Of a stretch of DNA of 64,000 nt, positions 57,155-64,000 are shown piece by piece. Both the position numbers and the translations under genes were made by a program. Positions within the stretch are counted from its first letter, which is position 1; every line of letters begins with the position of its first letter. Origin of the DNA: the human T2T-CHM13v2.0 reference genome, Homo sapiens; assembly GCF_009914755.1 (NCBI RefSeq), contig NC_060929.1; one strand, 5' to 3'. The notes under the pieces were generated by a model. That model saw only the letters and a program-made list of their open reading frames with translations. It was not told the origin of the DNA and made no database searches.

Positions 57155-57739
57155 TGTGATACCCAACCTTGTATTAACACGAATAGACTCTCCCTTACAT
57201 GCCTAACCTTGTTTTTAATATGAAGACTCCCTTCGCTGAGAAAACCAGGCCAACTCCATTTGGCTCCTTCATTTACAAGACATCAAGGGCTCCTTACCCA
57301 CCCCCCTTTCCTCAAGGACTTTAACTTGTGCAAGCTCTCAACGTATCAAAGAGTGCAGTTAACTGATAAGGTGCTGAGGCAAGCGATGTCCAGTTCCCAG
57401 CAATTTACTCAGAGATGGTACCATCAAGCCCCCATGTTTGTCCGGTAGATAACACCCAGAGCCCCCTCACCTGTCACTTTGTGATGAATTTGAAGCTCCT
57501 GCACCTGGAACTGTTTTCCTGTAACCATTTGTCTTTAACTTTTTTGTCTGTTTTTCTTCCCTAAGATGGCTGCAGCTAGAATCCCCCTCCCCTCTCCAAA
57601 CCAAAGTATAAAAGAAAATCTAGCTCCTTCTTCGAGGCCGAGATACTTTCATGCGGTAGCCGTCTCTCGGTCGCCGGCTAATAAAGGACTCCTGAACTCG
57701 TCTCCAAGTGTGGCGTTTCTAACTCGCTCAGGTACACCA
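57155..57739 (+). mobile_element. Solo ERV1 LTR, LTR6 (HERV-S71/HERV-T) type
   Basis: TG...CA ends, flanks CTTT/CTTG (4-bp TSD, 1 mismatch), TATAAAA 57607-57613, AATAAA 57680-57685; 3' end resembles LTR6A/B as I recall the consensus. Confidence 0.75.
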
Positions 57740-58629
57740 CTTGGAAGCAGCTTGAATACTTGCTATCATCATGTTGGAGCTTCGAACTACCAAAACGTGA
57801 TATATTTAAGAGTTCATTTAAACTTGTCATGTTAGCTCTCAATCTCTACCTATCGTTCTACCTTAGGAGACTTACATGGAATTTTGCTTCCAAGTGGAAT
57901 TGATTTTTAGGAATGACCCAAAAATACAGAAGTTCAAAACTTCAATTTGAAAACCATCTGTGAAGGCTGAGCAATGGCTCCAGCCTATAATCCCAGCACT
58001 TTCAGAGGCCGAGGTGGGCAGATCTCATGAGGTCAGGAGTTGGAGACCAGCCTGGCCAACATCGTGAAACCCCGTGTCTACTAAACATACAAAAAAAATT
58101 AGCCTGGAGTGGTGGTGGGCGCCTGTAACCCCAACTACTTGGGAGGCTGAGGCAGAAGCCCACAAGGTGGAGGTTGCAGGTGAGCTGAGATCACGCCACT
58201 GCAATCCAGCCTGAGACAACAGAATATAACTCTGCCTCAAAAAAAAAAACAAACCTATGAGCTTATGAGCTAGAAGAAACCCACATATTCATCACACCTC
58301 CCTTGCCTCCGGCACCTTCCCAGCCAAGCATGAAGGCCTCAAAGACATGCAGGCATGCAGTGAGGGCACTGGCGCCTCCCCCTTTGTTTTGTGCAAGTGC
58401 TTAATGAGTTACAGGCAGTTCAGATCAGGTCCTGTGCAGCCAAATGACATACAGCCCTTCCACCAGGGCCCCAAAGATGAGTTTACCTTCAGTTGCACTG
58501 GAGGGAAGACTGAAGACATCTACGCAACAGCCTCAACTGCCAAGCCAGAGATGTGGCCCTAGGCCCCAGGTGGGCACAGAGCACCAAGACTCAGTCCACA
58601 TGACACTGAAGCACAGACAAGACAGAGTG

Positions 58630-59405
58630 CAGTTTTTAAAAGGAGGATTTATTTGACAAGTTTCACTTAGCGCAATATACCTAAAAGGAAATCACAATAC
58701 AATGAAAGATTTAAATCAAGGCCTCAGAATTTCATACAAACACCAAGACCAAAATCCTAAGTATTGGTATTGCGTCTCAAATTTTTCCCATTAACTTAAA
58801 AAAAAAAAAAGCTTAAACTTACGTGCCTTACAGGTTATTAAATGAAACTAGAATTAACAAACATGCCAAAATGTTTCACTTTTAATAGTAGACACAGCTC
58901 CTATATTGTTTTACAAAAAAATAAAAGCATGTCTTTCAACATGCATCCAAAACAGTGTTCAATTTAACGTGGCAAAGGGCAACATTTAACATAATTCAAC
59001 TGCTTTTACCTAAATACGCTTACTGCTTAAGTACATCCTATAACTAACTTGAGAAAAGCTGGAACTTAAGTTTAACAGTTATAGTTTACTCAGCTTCACT
59101 GTTACATCCTAGATGAGTATTGTATTCAAAAATACTGGGCCTTAAGTCTTCATAACAATCCTGATTTCCACTTAGAGTAAGCATAAATCACAAGCTTGTA
59201 TTGCAGAAACTGTTAAACTGAAGTTTTCTTAAAGAAAAAAAAAAAAAAAAAAGGTTGACCAAGAGTCAGTGATCAGGATCGATCAATTACATTCCCCATC
59301 CACCACTCATACTGGACATGCTAGACAACCCTCCCATTCCGTTCACGCCCATAGATGCACGGCTTCCACTACTGTAGTAGCTGCTGTTCACTGCTCCTTG
59401 GTTAC
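58630..59405 (-). other. HNRNPH1: HNRNPH1 terminal exon (3' UTR; 59287-59405 is coding if exon 12 is skipped)
   Basis: tttgcag acceptor at 59406-59407; AATAAA on the minus strand at 58648-58653; 3' end approximate. Confidence 0.88.
58648..58653 (-). terminator. HNRNPH1: HNRNPH1 poly(A) signal
   Basis: TTTATT on +, followed on the minus strand by a GU-rich element (CTCTGTCTTGTCTGTG). Confidence 0.85.
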
Positions 59406-59991
59406 CTGCAAAGAGATCAATTTGACAAGTTAGGAGTAATATCAGACTACCAGTCAAATAAAATATAGTATTCCAAGAAAAAGTTTAAAAAGTATACGAG
59501 TACAAATGGCTGCTGTCCAAGTGGCGAGACGCATGTTTGGGAAAGGGGAATCCCGACTCCAAACAAGCCTCAATTAACCCCTTTTCTCTGCAGTACCAAC
59601 TTGCCAGACTCTTGTGCTACCATTTTAACGGATTCTTCAGGATCAACATGAAAAATTAAGTTTAAAGGAAAACTAGTGTTTTTCAAAAATTGCAAAATTA
59701 CTTCGTATTTTTAAAGCTAAACAAGGCATTTTTAAAAAAAATTTAACATAAACATTCACAATGTGTCCCTCGAATGGCATTTGAGAAAAGGGAGCACAGG
59801 GGAAGTCTCTTGCTTTTCCTATTCATGGTGGGCAGGAAGTGAGACAACCAAGCTGGACTAAAGGCAACTCACTGTGCCCAAATGGCAGCCTCCATGGAGT
59901 TAAGTCAGAGCCATTGACTGCTATAGAAAGCATTATTACAACATATCAGTATTTGCTATTGGGAATTTATATTTTTTGAGAAAATATTTAC

Positions 59992-60041
59992 CTATGCAAT
60001 GTTTGATTGAAAATCACTGGAGTTTTCCTGTAAAACTTGGT
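59992..60041 (-). CDS. HNRNPH1: HNRNPH1 exon 12 (DQVLQENSSDFQSNIA*), stop codon at the last three bases of the exon
   Basis: Canonical hnRNP H C-terminus; TAG|gtaaat. Confidence 0.94.
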
Positions 60042-60465
60042 CTGCAAAAGGATTTTGTAGGGTAAGACTATAATACCAAAATCACCATTCTTTAGACCAA
60101 TTGAAAAAAAATAAATAAAACCAATCCTAGGTTAACTGACTAATAAATACGATCCTGAACCCAACCACCATTCTACTATTTCAAATTCTCCCTCTGTCTA
60201 AAACTGACTTAATGCTAACCAAAAGACAAAAAAGTGAACAACTTTATTTAATGTTTTAATACATGGAGGCAGATATTTTCTGGCTCGACAGTATTCCAAA
60301 GCTGCAATGACTAGTTCTTAATTCAAAGAACACTTCCCCCTCCCAATGATTGTTTCTGAAAATTAGCTAGTAAAAACAGTTACATTTGGATTGAAAGCAT
60401 ACATTTCATAACCCAATTTCACCGAAAGGAGCCTGCATCTTCCCAACTAAAGGCACCTGCCTGCG

Positions 60466-60683
<218 letters not shown>

Positions 60684-61303
60684 TTAGAACCTTTTTTCTT
60701 ATGTGATGTGGTACCTGGTGGTACCGGGCTTGTAATTCTATAGCTATCATTTTCCAGTCTTGATCTTACATTACTGTAACCCTCTGCCTCCTTCTGCCTA
60801 CTGTCTATAACCAGGCCACCCTTCTATCCATCATTTGAGCCAGTCAAATATTGATAAACCAAAGTGCTAACGGTACACACATCAGCAGGACTAAAATCAA
60901 CATGATTCCGTAAGTAGAGGCATTTTGTGAAGATCTTATGAAACTGCTTGACTGGATTTAGTGGGTTCCCCCTCAGTTTGATACATCAAAGGCATGTCAA
61001 TACACCTAATTATGCCCACATTTATCTTAATCCTGTTTTGCTATTGATTTAAACTTTATACTTAGAAAATTTAAGTAGTTTCACTCCGTAGTCCCCTCCC
61101 CCAAGACTACTTAAACCTAATTTGAATTATCTATCCTAAGGAACTTCATAACTCACAAGGATTTAAGTAAGCCAGATACAAAACTCAAATATCAAGAAAC
61201 TGCTTTGCCTAAGTTTCTTATGCTAAACTTATTAAATAAATAGATTAACTTAACTTATAATTGACTTATACAGATATAAACGTTTTGGTTTTTAAAAAAA
61301 CTA

Positions 61304-61629
<326 letters not shown>

Positions 61630-61948
61630 TTAAACAAGCAGATCTGTGAACTTCAAATACTTTGGCAAAGAAATTCTAGCTACTTCTCTTAGGTGATCTA
61701 CTTTAACTCCAAAATCTAGCCTTTACATATTCATCTGTATTGTCAATTAAGGATATACACTTCAAGATGTGCATATCACAAATCCGTTATACTAATTTTT
61801 AAAACCCAAACCTTCAACACACTGCCCCCGCATCCCCCAAGAATTAATCTATTACTGGAGAGGAAACTTCTCATATATCCTTATTTTTCCATTTCTCTAT
61901 TGTAAATGTTAGTCACACAATCACCTGTTAAGAGCCCACAAATGCTCA

Positions 61949-62095
<147 letters not shown>

Positions 62096-62232
62096 CTACA
62101 ACACAAGGCATTTCAAAGAATTCAACCAACTTTCTAACGTTACAAAAAAAACCTAAAATTTCTAACATAGTGCTCACATTTATAGAATAAGGCTGACTTA
62201 CTGCCATACTGAAATATTGACTTGTGAGTTCA

Positions 62233-62528
<296 letters not shown>

Positions 62529-62585
62529 TCAAATAAAACACCTAGACAAAGGAACAGACGACTTGCCGAACCTTACGAATCCTCA

Positions 62586-62825
<240 letters not shown>

Positions 62826-63714
62826 TTATACAGGTATTTAGTTATACAAGAAAACAATCTAGTCATAGCCATGAAACTGACTAATATTTAAAGCCAGATT
62901 TCTTATATTTGCATAGGCAATGACCAGAAATTCACTCAATAAATAGTAAGACAATGTAAACTTTATAGAAAAAAAAAAAAAACTCACTCCTCTGAGGCAG
63001 AGCCCAACCTTAGGGGTAGAGAGGAGTACTGTAAATAAATGTTTTAGGAGGGAAATAATTCCACTCAACTTTCAACATTTCAAGTCTTAAATCCATTGGC
63101 AGCATGTATAGCAAGTGGGCTAAAAAGCCAGCCTCCACCAACAGTCCAGCCCACACTACACATTTCCTTTCGCCAATAAATACCCCAGCCTATGCTTTTA
63201 GTAAGAATCAGCATAGGTAAGCGCATGCTTCAATGAAAAATAGTCACAAGCAAAGAGAATAAAACCTTTTGTGACAATTTCTTGAAAGCTATGCTTATTA
63301 ATACTATGCAGAATATTTATATACAGCAAGAAAAAGTTTGTTGCATTTCAACTTTAAAAACAAGATCAGAAAGTATCACATTTTCTTATGGTAATATTAA
63401 TTTATTCTAGGTGGGTGTTATTACAGCTAAAGCCAGGTTTGCATTAATTTTTTAAAGCCATAGTCTCTCAACTCTATTGATTGGGGTTAATAAGACTCAC
63501 AAAATTGTCAAGCAGACCAATTAACTAGGGACAAATTTCAAACCTAAAATTTAGTTTGCGTGTAACGTGGGACTGACACAAGTTTGGAAATCATGGCAAA
63601 ACATCAATTACCTAGGACTACAAAACATTAATTTCTTCTTTTAAGCAGAGAGAATATGGATTTAATTGTTTACCATAAGAAAAGTGACATATCCAACCAA
63701 CCATCCATCCCCAC

Positions 63715-63853
63715 CTGTGCCCTATTCTTTCCTTGTGTTTCTTTAGAGCCTTTTCAGCTATTTCCTGTGAAGCAAACTGCACGAAGGCCTCCCCCGTACT
63801 CCTCCCCTGGAAGTCCACCGGCAATGTTATCCCATTTGGCACGATTTCCAACC
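63715..63853 (-). CDS. HNRNPH1: HNRNPH1 exon 4, 139 nt (qRRM2: [47 protein letters not shown])
   Basis: Recognisable hnRNP H peptide; AG/GT boundaries on the minus strand. Confidence 0.96.
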
Positions 63854-64000
63854 CTTCAACCCAAGGACAAATAACCCCAGTAGGGGGGCAATATTAACAT
63901 CACAAGCCCAGAAATGATTCTTCTTATAGCTTTAAATAAACCAGAATTTTTAACTTTAGGTGAATGGTATGCTTTCAACAAGTACTCTTTAAATATGCAT

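Noticed and set aside
58365-58385. CTCF-like GC motif between the converging genes
   Set aside because: Only a partial match to the CTCF core; cannot be supported without a motif scan or ChIP data

Overview
Primate (human-like) genomic DNA; the gene pair matches human chr5q35.3. Plus strand: RUFY1 from an internal CpG-rich promoter and alternative non-coding first exon (~2.3-2.65 kb) through 17 coding exons. I spliced these by eye into a continuous 600-codon ORF (ATG 2849, TGA 53968; RUN, coiled-coil and FYVE domains), with a poly(A) signal at 54441. Minus strand: the 3' ten exons of HNRNPH1 (63853 down to ~58630), convergent with RUFY1. RUFY1 introns hold roughly 70 Alus counted by eye, old L1/L2/MIR/MER fragments and a processed PRDX2 pseudogene. 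A solo LTR6-type LTR and an AluYa5 lie between the two genes. Almost all ORFs in the supplied track are Alu or intronic artefacts. The most unusual signals are: (1) a ~370-bp GC/CpG-rich insert with a poly(A) tail and a perfect 15-bp target-site duplication in RUFY1 intron 6 that I cannot assign to a known repeat; (2) an HNRNPH1 tandem exon duplication whose 62-nt spacer may constrain splicing; (3) a triplicated 5' splice-site array after HNRNPH1 exon 11; (4) two candidate in-frame HNRNPH1 mini-exons. I found no convincing wholly new multi-gene system. Exon numbers follow my recollection of the usual reference transcripts, and repeat-family names are recalled, not searched.
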